Below are positions 40,134 to 51,671 of a stretch of 64,000 nucleotides of DNA, one piece after another. Position 1 is the stretch's first letter. Each line of letters begins with the position of its first letter. Position numbers and translations under genes: made by a program. The stretch is taken from NCBI RefSeq assembly GCF_002571385.2, contig NW_019218057.1:199166-263165 (forward strand). Direction: 5' to 3'. The stretch comes from Stylophora pistillata. Taxonomy: Eukaryota. The notes under the pieces were generated by a model that had not been told where the DNA came from, ran no database searches, and saw only the letters and a list, made by a program, of their open reading frames with translations.

Positions 40134-43048
40134 TCATGAGTTATAACATCTTAATTTTCCAAGCGTGTAGTATCCTTTCTCGACCCCGTCACCCGTATCT
40201 CCAAACCTCAGCTCAGACACCGGAAGAGTTGACTTATCTGCCAAAAGCCCGCTGTCCTCTCTCCACACATAGTCATTTGAATCACAGTTACATGGCTTAG
40301 ATGATAATGCGCAAGTCCTGCTCACTCCGCATGCGCACTTACCACTTCCCGGCGAGGCCCCTCCCCAGTAGTTCATTGGGACACCGTCACGTGACATCCA
40401 CCAGCCAAAGTCCTACACGTCACCATAAAACAAAACCGAGTCGTAGCACTCATATTTTATGAACTGTTCACAATTTGTAGAAGCTGCAATTAAACCGACC
40501 AGTTGTTGTTTACTGTAGCCAGTGTACCTTATTTTCCGCTGATAAGTTCCCGGACTTTCGAAGCCACTAACCAAAGTTCGCGCTTCGCTGTCGTGACCAA
40601 TGACTGTCACGCCAACCCCATTTTTGTCACGCATGTCGCAGTGAACAGCAAATGGCTTTAAACCTTTTGGGCCTATGAAGTATGTCCTGCTCTCGGAAAA
40701 TCCAGCTCGTTTTATTTCACTACAGGAACTCAGGGAAAAAATGTTAACACCTACATGAGAGTTCAGAGAAGCCACAAGATTTCTTGCAGTACAAATATAA
40801 GTACCTTGATCAGCTTGAGATGCTCTATCAAGAACCAGTGAGCCATTTTCGAGAGTACGATGTCTTGCAGCTAGCTGAAGTCCGTTTTATCGTGACCGCG
40901 TAATAACTACAGGAAAGTTTCCACTGTCAGCTTGACAGTCCAGAGTAAGCGATTCACCAAATAAAATTTTGACACTTTTAGGGGGGCGTACTGTAAAATG
41001 AGGCTTAGGAACCACCACGACACTACCCGTGACGGTCTTGAAATTGATCAGGTTTTCTGCCCTGCATGAGTATGTACCGGAGTCCGAGATTTTTAAGCAT
41101 TTTAACATGAATGCAGCACCGTAGACAATGAGCCGCTTGGTGTCTAAAGTTGATCCCAGTCTCTCCCAACTTATCCTCGGTTTTGGGTTACCTGTCGCTG
41201 CGCATGTCAATCTTAGATCTGAACCTTCTTCTAGTGCCATGGACTTAGGTCCCTGGGTAATTATCACTGGAACTACAAATCAGATTGAAATAGTGAGTGA
41301 CTAAGGATGTTCAAGTCAAATAGGATTTCAATCTTTTATTTATTAGATATGGCCCTATCCCCCGATTCCCTCAAAATTCTCTGTAATATTCTTCTGATTC
41401 CCCCCTCTTTGGAATTTGACTGGCAGTCAATTTTCTATTTATACTTTGTTGGCGACGACTGATCCCCCCTCGGCCTCCCCCTGATAATCATGTAATCCCC
41501 CAAAATTTTCCATCCCTCTCCTTCCAGGCGATAAATAAGGACTGGTCTCTTAACGAACTGCAACCCAAACTGGTTAACCCAAATACCTTTTAAGGGGGAC
41601 ACGCCTTACTTTGTCACGTACCTTGTACTGTCAGGTTGGCGGACACACTGTCATTTCCCAAGACACTGCTGGCTAAACACGTGTATGTCCCGTGATCAGA
41701 ATAAGTCACATTCCTTAACAACAGCATGTTATCAGGTTGAATGCTATGACTTTCATAGATGATAAGAGAGCTTCCGCCTCGATTCCAGGTTATGATAGGC
41801 ATGGGAAGTCCTTCTGCCTTGCATCTGAACGAGGCTGAACTGTGCTCACGGACGGTTAAAGAGGTCGGAGACGATGTTATCTTGGGAGGAAATACTGACT
41901 GGCCTGTGTCACCTATGGAAAGAAAGCAATTGGTATGCTTTCCATGTCAGTCACCCCCTCTTCTCTAAAGTACTAAATAATAAGTGCTCAAGTGCAGTTC
42001 AGCCATTTGTTTGCCATTTTGTGGAAAACTCTTAGCGGAACAAGTGAAAGCTGGAGCGAAGACAGATTTTTCTTTTGGAATCTGTTTCTACCCAGGACAA
42101 TAGGGATTTACCCCTTAACGACGTATTTGTAACGAATAATGGTTAGGAAAAATATGAAGAGGGAAAAACTAGAGGTAAGAATGTCATAGTCGAGCCAGGC
42201 TACTGATGAAAATAATTATAAGATAAAGCAACCATCAATTCTTTGGAGCCAAATTAAACTACTCTACTTGTATTGCAAGAAAGTTCTACCTTTTTCCCCT
42301 TGTTCCCATGCTTTCCCGCTTCGCCTTTCTCTCCCCTAAGTCCAGTCGGTCCACGTTTACCACGGTAACCTTAACTGGCCTTATTTCCTTTATCACCTGG
42401 TCTTCCTATTGGTCCATGTATTCCCATGTCACCTTTGGGCCCTTGCAAACAGAGTTTCTCGTCTCGCGAGCAGAATGTCTTCATCATGGCTGAGGACACG
42501 TGTCTGATTTGAGTAGTGATCTCATTTTCAACTGAAACGTTTTTGGACGAAGAAACGCTTCTTCGGTAACGTAGAACATGATCTGTCAGCAAATCCAAAC
42601 TCACATCTGAAATACGCGTTGAAATCAAGAATATTATGAAACTTGAAGTATCTTTTATAACCGATATTCACTTTCTCTGTTTGTACAATTCCAATCCGCG
42701 TCCGCATATATTTTGTCACTGCGTCACATTTACGTTTTGTCTCGTCAGACTAAGGCCTATCGATTGGTATCTTAAAGGGCATCTTGATCATTGATCTACG
42801 CAAAATGTAGTCGCACTTTTTTGTTTTCAATCTGAAAACAGTCACATGTCCCTACCTTTGTTTCTATTCGTATCAAGGTTCGTCCTCAAGCCATCAAGGT
42901 TCGTTTCTATGGATAAAACGCGGGACTCGAGTGCTAAGTAACGTGACTGGTTTCTTATTATGATAATACAGAGCATAATAAAATACAACACAGATAGTGC
43001 TCGGCTCACGAAAGAAGAAAAATTCGACGTTATTGACTTGTCGGCCAT
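40134..43048 (-). pseudogene. Disabled ficolin-like gene: type II TM anchor, furin site, collagen, 3 Ig domains, CNTNAP-type fibrinogen-like domain; exons 43048-42856, 42582-42290, 41912-41622, 41272-40134
   Basis: About 19 Gly-X-Y triplets; Ig motifs DHGTYTC, DSGTYSC, DQGTYIC; CEQFIKYEC...WMSRDG..NYWGG...CACG...CNCD; in-frame stops at 42371, 40887, 40413; exon 2 is 293 nt between two phase-1 sites (frameshift). Confidence 0.85.
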
Positions 43049-43970
43049 CTTAGCACAATCCTAATATTTAAAATGGAGCCAGCTTAGAAGACTTATTGGA
43101 CGCGGAAATAGATACATCTGATCACGTTCAGACAAAGGGGAGGATTAATTTGAGACGAAATAATGACAAGTGATTATCACACCGTCACGCATGGCCTAAA
43201 AAGAGTGAGCAATCATGTGGACGCTGTATGATATGTTAGAGAATACAAATAAAACATATTATAGTATAATACTATTGAATAAAAACCGTTTACAATTTGT
43301 AACATATTTTTATTTTCCAAGTGCGTCAGGCACGAGGAAGTGAATGCATCTGATCACGCAAAGAAACGGTTAAGACAAACAGGAAGTTAAAAATTGGACA
43401 CTAGAAGGAAACCATAGCTGTAATGATCACCTCGCTACGTACCCTTACCGATACACAGAACAATTAAAGTTATAAGCTCCCATCGGGGGTAAAAACCTAC
43501 ATGAAAGGGGCGGGAATGCTTATCTTAGGGTCAAAATCCCTAATTTTGGAGTCGCGACGTCAATAGTTTCACCACATTTTTAGAATGAAAACGAAGACAT
43601 TCTTAACACATTGCAGAAACTTAAGTTCTATATATAGATTTATAAACTTACAGAAATTTATAATGATTCCCAGCCATCATTTAACAGTCCTTGGTTAGTC
43701 GTTTCTTATAAGAGACATAAGAGAGAGGCGCCCATACTGGTCCAATTATGCAGAATAGCGAAGCGAAATTCCCGACAGGCATTTCTATTTCTTTCATAAG
43801 GGTTTACCCTTCCTTGGACCTGAAATAAACTTTTGGAAGACTCCGGTTTTGAGCCAAACCGTAAATTTCCTTATCTCCCTTACGCCTGATGCTGAAGCCA
43901 CCGACCCTTAAGAAAATCTAAACTGATAGGATTGGCTTTCCTGCTTTTCGACCTTATCGATAATTTTATA

Positions 43971-44271
43971 CAATGAAATATATGAAGTTCATATATTTTG
44001 AACTGCGGTATTAGATACATATGATGCACGATCCTCGCAGTAGATAGCGCTATTTAAGCAATAGCGAAAATCAGACCTGAAAAAAATCAGGCCTGTACGG
44101 GATTTGAACCACTGACCTCTTGTTAGCTCAATTGTTAGCTCAATTGGTAGAACGCTGCACTAGTATCGCAGAGGTCAGTGGTTCGAATCCCGTACAGGCC
44201 TGAATTTTTTTCAGGTCTGATTTTCGCTATTGCTTAAATAGCGCTATCTACTGCGAGGATCGTGCATCATA
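43971..44271. mobile_element. Fold-back tRNA-derived SINE insertion with 13-bp TSD
   Basis: tRNA-like head 44134-44200 (TAGCTCAATTGGTAGA, GGTTCGAATCC), ~100-bp inverted arms, TSD CGATAATTTTATA at 43958-43970 and 44272-44284. Confidence 0.8.
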
Positions 44272-46279
44272 CGATAATTTTATATCTAACTTTATGTGCT
44301 ACTCAGCTCTGGAGGAAACTGATCTGAGTTATCAATGAGAGGCCGGCACTGTGCCACGGAGCATCACATCGATCTTCCAGCTCTAATGCTCCACTGCACC
44401 ACGGCAGAGTGCACCACTCGATGGTGAGCCAAGCAGGTTCAAATGAAGTTACCGTGAGCCTGGTTTAAATAGCTCTGCTTTAAAAAACAACTGTCTTTTT
44501 TCCATATCCAAACTTTGGACACCGCAGACGGCCGTCAATCACGATAACCTGTGTAGGACAGATTTCCGTGGAACTATTCCGCTCAGGAATCCAGGAATCC
44601 AGTCCAGCCGGAGGTAGCATTCTGGCTTTGGGATTATCACTCTGCAGATCATGTCTCGACTCACTACAGGTTCCTGAAAAGTTTAAAGAAATTTGTCTTC
44701 GTTTGGACTCTCAAGTTGTAATTCCATTGCCGTAGCGATTAAACTAAACCGCACATTTTTTCTTTTTTCTTTATGGCTTTAAACCTATCCGGTCTATCTG
44801 TAGAATAAATTAAATTCGAATTGCGAAGATCTGCACAAGTTTAAAGTGAGGTGGTGATTAAATGGATCTAGAAACGTATGAATTGAGATATCGTCTAAAG
44901 CGCCCCACACCATGTGCATCTTATCTTTAGAGGACAAGGTCATTTGGCAGCCAAGAGGTTTGAATGTTGGAAGCAAGTTGAATTGTAATCGTTCGGGCAT
45001 ATAGCATTTAGCCTGGCATTTGATTCCTGAATTTCAAGATCCCTCATTCAAGTTATTATTGCAAACTCTCCTAGAACAAATGATTATCTTTTCCATAACA
45101 TAGATAACAAGATCATTAAAAATAATGGTCCAGTTAAAACTTCTATAAATGATCTACATTTTCGGCTCGATTGACAAAGGAAAAATTGGATCTTATTCGC
45201 ACGACAACTGTTTTATTTATCATTGTACACTCAGGGAAAAATCGATTTATGCCGGGTGTATACATAGGTTTACTCACAGGATAGCGTCGTCTAGTAAAAC
45301 AGTCTGAACTGTCTTAGAGAACACACGCATTAAAATTCATCATTGACCTGCAGATGACAAGTAACGCTTTGGCGCTTTGGTTTTTTAAAACGATAATGGA
45401 AAATTCTTTATTTAAAGGTCGATACTCCCATAATTATAACTTACTTTAAAAAGAAATCACTTTGTCTTGAATTATTAAAGTAAAGATTATTACGCAGTCA
45501 AAGATTAAAGCTCAAATTATTGGCACCAGATTGCATCTCCAACAGACCCATAAATCACGGTCTGTCAAACAAATCCAATTTCCACTGGATGAACTCCAGT
45601 GAACGAAGATGGTAGAGAATATGGTACCAGGCGGATGAAAAACGATCTTATTCATAATTCGTGCGATATTAATTTCCAGGTGGAACAACTTGAGTTGCTG
45701 ACCACGAAAGATCCACAAACTGTCTGAAACAATGGTAGTCGGTTGCTCGAGGCGATTTAGTTTGATCCCCAAAAAAGGTTGTCTAATTTGGAATGATAAA
45801 TTATTTTATAAGTTCTCCCGTTGTCAAGTCTGTAGATCCTCAGTTAAGTCGCAAATTTCAGCCCATTTCAGACTCGGAAACTTCTCAGATGTATCGAGCA
45901 AGTCACCGGCAAGACGCTTTCGTCTGTTGCGCGCTTGGTATTTATAAACGATCGTGCATCTAATGAGCCATTAAAGGGGTAACATAAACATACATATCTA
46001 CCCTTGTCCTTCTACAGTAGGCCGGCTAAGATATTTTAGAAATTTAAAGAGTGTTTTTTCAAAGCGTTCATGTTAGCGCCATCACACCACCATTAATGTT
46101 GACATACAAAAGTTTCATTCGTTCTGCTGGGAGCTAAACGCTTGTATGAAAAAGCGTACTTAATATGAAGTTAGGTTTTTAACCACACAAACTATGCCAT
46201 ATCCCTCGGCGGGAGTACAACTTTTTGCTGTTGTCTAATTTAGAGAACAGTCAATATTTAAAAAAATCAGTTATCACTA

Positions 46280-46320
46280 CCGACGCAGCCCCAAACAGTT
46301 TCTTTAGAAACTATCAGCCT
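46280..46320 (+). mobile_element. 41-bp 3'-terminal fragment of the Penelope-type element
   Basis: Near-identical to tails at about 58199-58239 and 32780-32820; 9-bp TSD TTATCACTA at 46271-46279 and 46321-46329. Confidence 0.75.
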
Positions 46321-46783
46321 TTATCACTAATTAATACTGTTGTTTGTTGTTGCGAAACAGTTGGGTGCGACTCGCGTGGGCGGGAAAACTCCGCTAAACG
46401 GACCGCGGTGCGTTAAACTGTTGTCTATCAACCTGGAACACCAGAATGGCTCCACGTTAATGACGTCACACGAATCATGACTGGGTAAAATGCTGCGGTT
46501 GACAACTGTTGTCAACCAGACAAACCTCATCAGTAAAGGGAAACATTGATGTGTGCTTTGATATAGTCTACTAGACGTTTATCAGACGATGAGATAAGTC
46601 AAGTTTCTTTTTAGGCCCCTGGCTCCTGCACTTCACAACTCTATCTCAAGGATTTCTGTCATCAGCAAACTCTACTTTCAAGTGGAGGAGACATAAAGCG
46701 TATACGGACGCCTAGGGTAGGCCTTAATTGGAGTATTTTTTTCGCTGGAGTTCAAGATCTGCTCTGTTGTTGGTCAAAGAGTC

Positions 46784-47377
46784 ATGAACGGCTACCGTCG
46801 AAAGTCCTTTTGCGGTTTCGTGCCTTCCGTGGAAAGAATGAAAGATGAAAGATACGGCCACCTTAAGGCAAGGAAATATTCCGAAGCCTGCATTCAGCAT
46901 AAAATAAACAGGCCACCAAATGATAAGAAACTGGGAGATTTACGAAGGTCTGCTTCATTACCGGACTGCCAAGAAATGGCAAGAATACACTCTAAAGGGC
47001 CGTCTCGCAGCAAGGGAATATTCTCGGATCCACCCGAGGGCATCACGAGAACCCGTAGCGTTTCGTTCGCTCCAGAAGTTGTCTTCTTTACTGCAGTGGC
47101 TGATAACGATGTCGCAGAGCTCACGAAGATTATTCACAAGCAGGAAATAGATTTAAACCACCAGAGTCCGTCTGGACTCACGGCGCTGCATTACGCAGCT
47201 GCCGAAGGAAGCTTCGAATGTCTTCAACTGCTGATAGATTACGGTGCCGAGGTGGAATTGTCAGACTCGCAAGGGTGCTCTGCATTGGATTTTGCTGTGC
47301 GTGGGGGGCACTTTGACTGCGCATCGTACCTTATCAAAGCAGGTGCCGAAATAAAAAAGATTGTAAATGGTCTGTAA
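46784..47377 (+). CDS. Intronless ankyrin-repeat PP1 regulatory subunit, PPP1R27/MYPT-like (197 aa)
   Basis: RSVSF RVxF-type motif directly before ankyrin repeats (SGLTALHYAAAEGSFECLQLLIDYGA; GCSALDFAVRGGHFDCASYLIKAGA). Confidence 0.85.
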   Translation: MNGYRRKSFCGFVPSVERMKDERYGHLKARKYSEACIQHKINRPPNDKKLGDLRRSASLPDCQEMARIHSKGPSRSKGIFSDPPEGITRTRSVSFAPEVVFFTAVADNDVAELTKIIHKQEIDLNHQSPSGLTALHYAAAEGSFECLQLLIDYGAEVELSDSQGCSALDFAVRGGHFDCASYLIKAGAEIKKIVNGL

Positions 47378-48776
47378 ACGTAGACCGCCATGGTTCATTT
47401 GATTAGGACGAGTTACAATCAAAGGAATGCTGCGTGATAATTGTTCACAACTTAAAACCCTATCTCTCGACGTATTACAAGGTCTATAAATAGGCCTTGA
47501 GCGCAAAGGTCTGCACGGTGGAATTGCAAGAATTGGAGAAGATACCAGTATTCTTAAATGCGGCCAGCATAACAATGTTTGAGTTTTTAATCTTCTTTTT
47601 TCGTTTCCTATAACACGCAGATTTATTCGTTCAGTTAAGGTAAATGACGTGCTTTTGCGGTGCGAAAAGCCGCACTAAACATTCCTGGTATGTTTAAATA
47701 ATCATCTAAAGACTTATTTGTGAACAAAAACAACTTTTAAAAACAAAAAAGCCCCCTAGTAGTTTTTTTTTAATGAAATCCTTCTGTAATAGCCCGGCAG
47801 CGAGAAACACATGGGTATCGCAACTGTTGATTTAAGGCTTTTTCAAAGTTGAACTTAAGCGGAAAGGTCAGCTTTTAATGGACTACATACCTGTAAAAAA
47901 ATCGTTAAATATTTGCAATATGTCAACTGCATATACAAAGTTAACTCCGTTTGAAGGGGCTCACTTTTTGACTTGTTTACATAAGGCACTGTGCCGAAAT
48001 TAAAGAAGGACACAAGAAAAACAAACGGCGGATAGATGTTAAATAATTCTTTTCTAAAACAAAGCTTCGAGGATGAAAACTGAGAAGCCGCGTTGTCGAC
48101 TCCTTTGTTTGTGGTTTCGCTTTTGCGCAATGAAAGAGAATATACAACATTGAGGGCATTTGTATTTAATGGTCAGGGCCATTAAGAAAGAAAAGATATA
48201 GATGATTCGTATTGTACTAGAAATAACAGGTCTGATGGTTTTAATTGTTTCGTCCAAAATAGACAGCCTAACAAATGTTGAAAGCCAAAGCAAGAAGATA
48301 ACTCTCCAGAGGATTATGTATGTAACTGAAGTAGTTTCTCTTCAGGAAGAAGTTTCACTTTTTTGAGTTTTTATACCAGATTGACTTTGTTGACTCTCTG
48401 ACCGGCTTGTAAATGTGGTTGAATGCGAAGGGAAATGGGTAAATAAATAATGAATTAATCACGATTAGATTTGGTCTGATGAATTCCAGAGGATGCCATT
48501 CTGAACGGCCGAACACTGTTTGAAAATTATTAGGTTTGTGCAACAGAATGCTTGCCGCGAAAGAGTATGGTAATGAGCAGTAAGGCATAGCCGGCCAATA
48601 CAATGAAGTGCCCCTCGTAAACTGTATTCAACAAAACCCTTAAAGTAAGATTTCGATTGCCACAGATTAGTTGGTATTGTAGTTGATTTGACTACAATAA
48701 AAGGCTGTCTTTAGCCTTATTATTGTCCGTGCGCATAAAAAATCGACCATTAAGAGTGCGCTTTTGTACGCTTACC

Positions 48777-49099
48777 GAGGGGGCCTTTGGGATTTTCGGT
48801 TTTGCGGTTTTGACTGTTTTTTGGATCGGTTTTTCGGTTTTTGGGCCAAAAAGGTTCGGTTTTTTGGTTTTGAAGTTCAGAGCGGTTTGTGGATTTTACG
48901 TGTTTTTGCATTCGGTTTTCACGAAAACTCTGATGCGGTTTTCGGTTTTTCCTTTTTGACCTCTTTGAAGGTGAAAATGTAGCGGTTTTGTCAGGTTTGC
49001 ATGCGGTTTTCGGTTTTGCGGCCTTTTTTCGTCGGGTTTTCGATTTTGGAGGTTTTTTCTCCGGTTTTGCGGTTTCTCAGACGCCCCAATGCCCCACTC
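48777..49099. mobile_element. Non-autonomous DNA element with internal CGGTTTT repeats and 6-bp TSD
   Basis: Termini GAGGGGGCCTTTGGG...CCCAATGCCCCACTC; CTTACC at 48771-48776 and 49100-49105. Confidence 0.65.
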
Positions 49100-51379
49100 C
49101 TTACCAAGACTGCAACCCGTGAAATTACCGTGAACACAGAGCCTTTCAGTGTTATCTCCTGACTTAGCTCTTGAGAAGCCAAAAGTATGTAAAAATCTTT
49201 TAAATGGATTTTGCACATGTTGAGGCAAAGATAATATTGATCATCTCCTGAGCCGAAAATCTGTGGTAAAAGATTTGTCAACAGTAGACCGAGTTAAACC
49301 AAAATGGGGCATATTTCTCGACAAAATGTCATGCAGTTTAGATTCTTTAAAAAAAAGTGAAAAAAAAGAAGAGACAATTCAAATATAAGTATGGCTTGTT
49401 AAGATTTACCTTGAGCCACGTTGACAGTGATCTGCTGCGGTATTAAAAAGCCGCCGGAAAAGTCTGAAATAATTAATCGCATTAAGGGTCATTAATTCAG
49501 GAAAGTGGAGGGGTTTGATCAGGTTTACTTGACCTAAAGCACGGAAATTACTACATATAAAGATATAAAGACCTTTGGATCTTCGAACTAGTGCAACAAA
49601 TAATAATTTTGAAGCCCTTTTCTGATCGCAAAACTATGGTTCTCTTTGACTGCTTATGCGTTATTTTCGCATGAAACTGTTTTCGAACGTGGATGGTAGG
49701 AGCGTTTTCCCGCGAAAACTACAATCACGAGTTTCCAATAGTTTTCCATCCCCACTCGTGCCGTCGTATTCGTAAGTTGTGATCTCTAGTTCTCTTTAGA
49801 TCCTGCAGAGTGTGCTTTAAACTCTAATTAAGTTTCCTTTCATGAATACAAGCTCGCTGACTTGTCTGATTCCCTGAAAGGGTTAACTAAATGGGGAAGA
49901 GTCAGAGCTAGGCGTAATGAGGTCATCAAGGGTGGGCATCGCATCTTGAATCGTTTAACGTAAATGCTTGAAGTGTCTGTCTTCAACCATCTGTGTTCAG
50001 CTTTGATTTATTCTTACTATTTAGGCGTTGTTCTACCTCAGCAAACAATGGCCTTAAAAAGGATTCTTTCTATCGAAAGGAAATTTTCAACGACCAGTGG
50101 CAATACGTGAGTTAAAACATACGTGTTTTTGTGATCATCAAAAAAAAATTATGTAACATTAGGATTTAAACAGTATTAGATGCAATTATTTGTAACTAAA
50201 GACCGCGTTTGTGAACTATTACTGCAAGTGATGTGTAAAATGTCATGGAACAGATGTAGTGGCAATCTGAGAGAAATGGTCTGCTAATGAAAAACAGTGG
50301 TGATGTAGGTGTGTTCTGAAATGACTGTTTGAGCAGTCCTAATTATCTGCTCATCTTATCTGATGTGGAAGTCTGGGTTCTACCCATATTTGATCTCGGG
50401 TGAAAACATTTAGCCATTTTCTTTTCTTTTTTTTTTTTTTTTTTCAGAATGGAAGGGAACAGGATTTAGATTTATTCATTTAATCCAAACCTCGATGTTC
50501 CACACCTTTGCTTACTTTTTATTGTGCACTAACGTGATAGCCAATCGAAAACGAAGAACGCAATACAGGTTCATATCTTACTTTCAGATGGTGTTGGACG
50601 CGAATACGTCTAAAGATTAATTCATGAAATTAATAAAGAGAAAATCAAAAGTCGATTGAGGTATAATTACAGTTGTCGCCATCCGGATTCAACTGGTCTG
50701 GAGATGTTCGGAGCAAGAGAAATAGTGTCAGTCTCGCAATAAAATGGACTCTTGAAGGATCAGGATAAATAAAATTTTGAAAAGGGAAGGCTCGATGTGA
50801 AAGAATGGTGAATTTTGAGACACTCGTTCTGTACTAGATAAATGACTTAATGAAGCAGTCACCATAACTTGTCTCTAAAGCGAAATTAAGCCGCGTCTTC
50901 AAAACAAAAGTCGAATTTTAATTGCATGCTCTGATGTGATGACCAAATTGTTTTTCTTCCCTTATCAACTTTTTTCGTGAATTGGGAAAGAAGAATTAAG
51001 GAAAGGATTAAGATTGAAATGTTATTCCCGATAAATCTAATGGATACGTTAACGTAAAAATATATTTAAACAGGAAATCAGATTATTAAGATGTTTAAGA
51101 TGCTATTCTCATATCACACATTCCGGGGATAAAACCGACAAAACGGGATTGTTTGAAGTTGTGTGTTTCATACTTAGGTGAAATTTGTGAAACATACTGA
51201 CTGCCAAGATCAACAAGATTTTATCAAAAACATTTTCGAATAAAAGGAAAGACAGCACAAGGACTGAACGCCATAGTTTAGTCCATCGATTAGAAATAGA
51301 AAGTCAGTTGGGCTGTAATTTTATATAGAGGTGAATCCATTAACACGTTACGTCTACATGATGAGTTTGTGTTGTCTCC

Positions 51380-51465
51380 TTGACTTTAACGATGACTTCC
51401 GCTCAATTTGTTACCGATGACAGTCCATTTGAGAGCTATTCTCTCCAAGACGATCAGACACAAGC
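51380..51465 (+). mobile_element. Possible decayed 3' end of a second Penelope-type repeat
   Basis: TTGACTTTAACGATGACTTCCGCTCA...GACGATCA resembles a common anthozoan repeat end as I recall it; single copy here. Confidence 0.3.
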
Positions 51466-51638
51466 ACACGATCTGCTTTGCTTCACGAGTCTAGTCACTC
51501 TACGTGGATTCCAGTAGAGTACCTTCGCTTTTTATCTTTTCTGTAGGTTTGTTGACTATTCTTGTTTTTGATACTGTCTTGATGTTAATTGGAACCATTC
51601 CGCTCGCACATACTGAGTTATTTTCTTAACAGCGAGCC

Positions 51639-51671
<33 letters not shown>

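Noticed and set aside
40134-43048. Stop-codon readthrough or recoding in the ficolin-like gene
   Set aside because: Stops are TAA/TAA/TAG with an added frameshift and damaged conserved residues; pseudogenisation is simpler
44134-44200. tRNA gene calls here and at 16-90, 1710-1783, 33780-33854, 63414-63490
   Set aside because: No proper acceptor stem; each continues into a repeated SINE body
44341-44420. HDV-like ribozyme starting GGCCGGCA
   Set aside because: No complementary P1 3' strand or nested pseudoknot downstream
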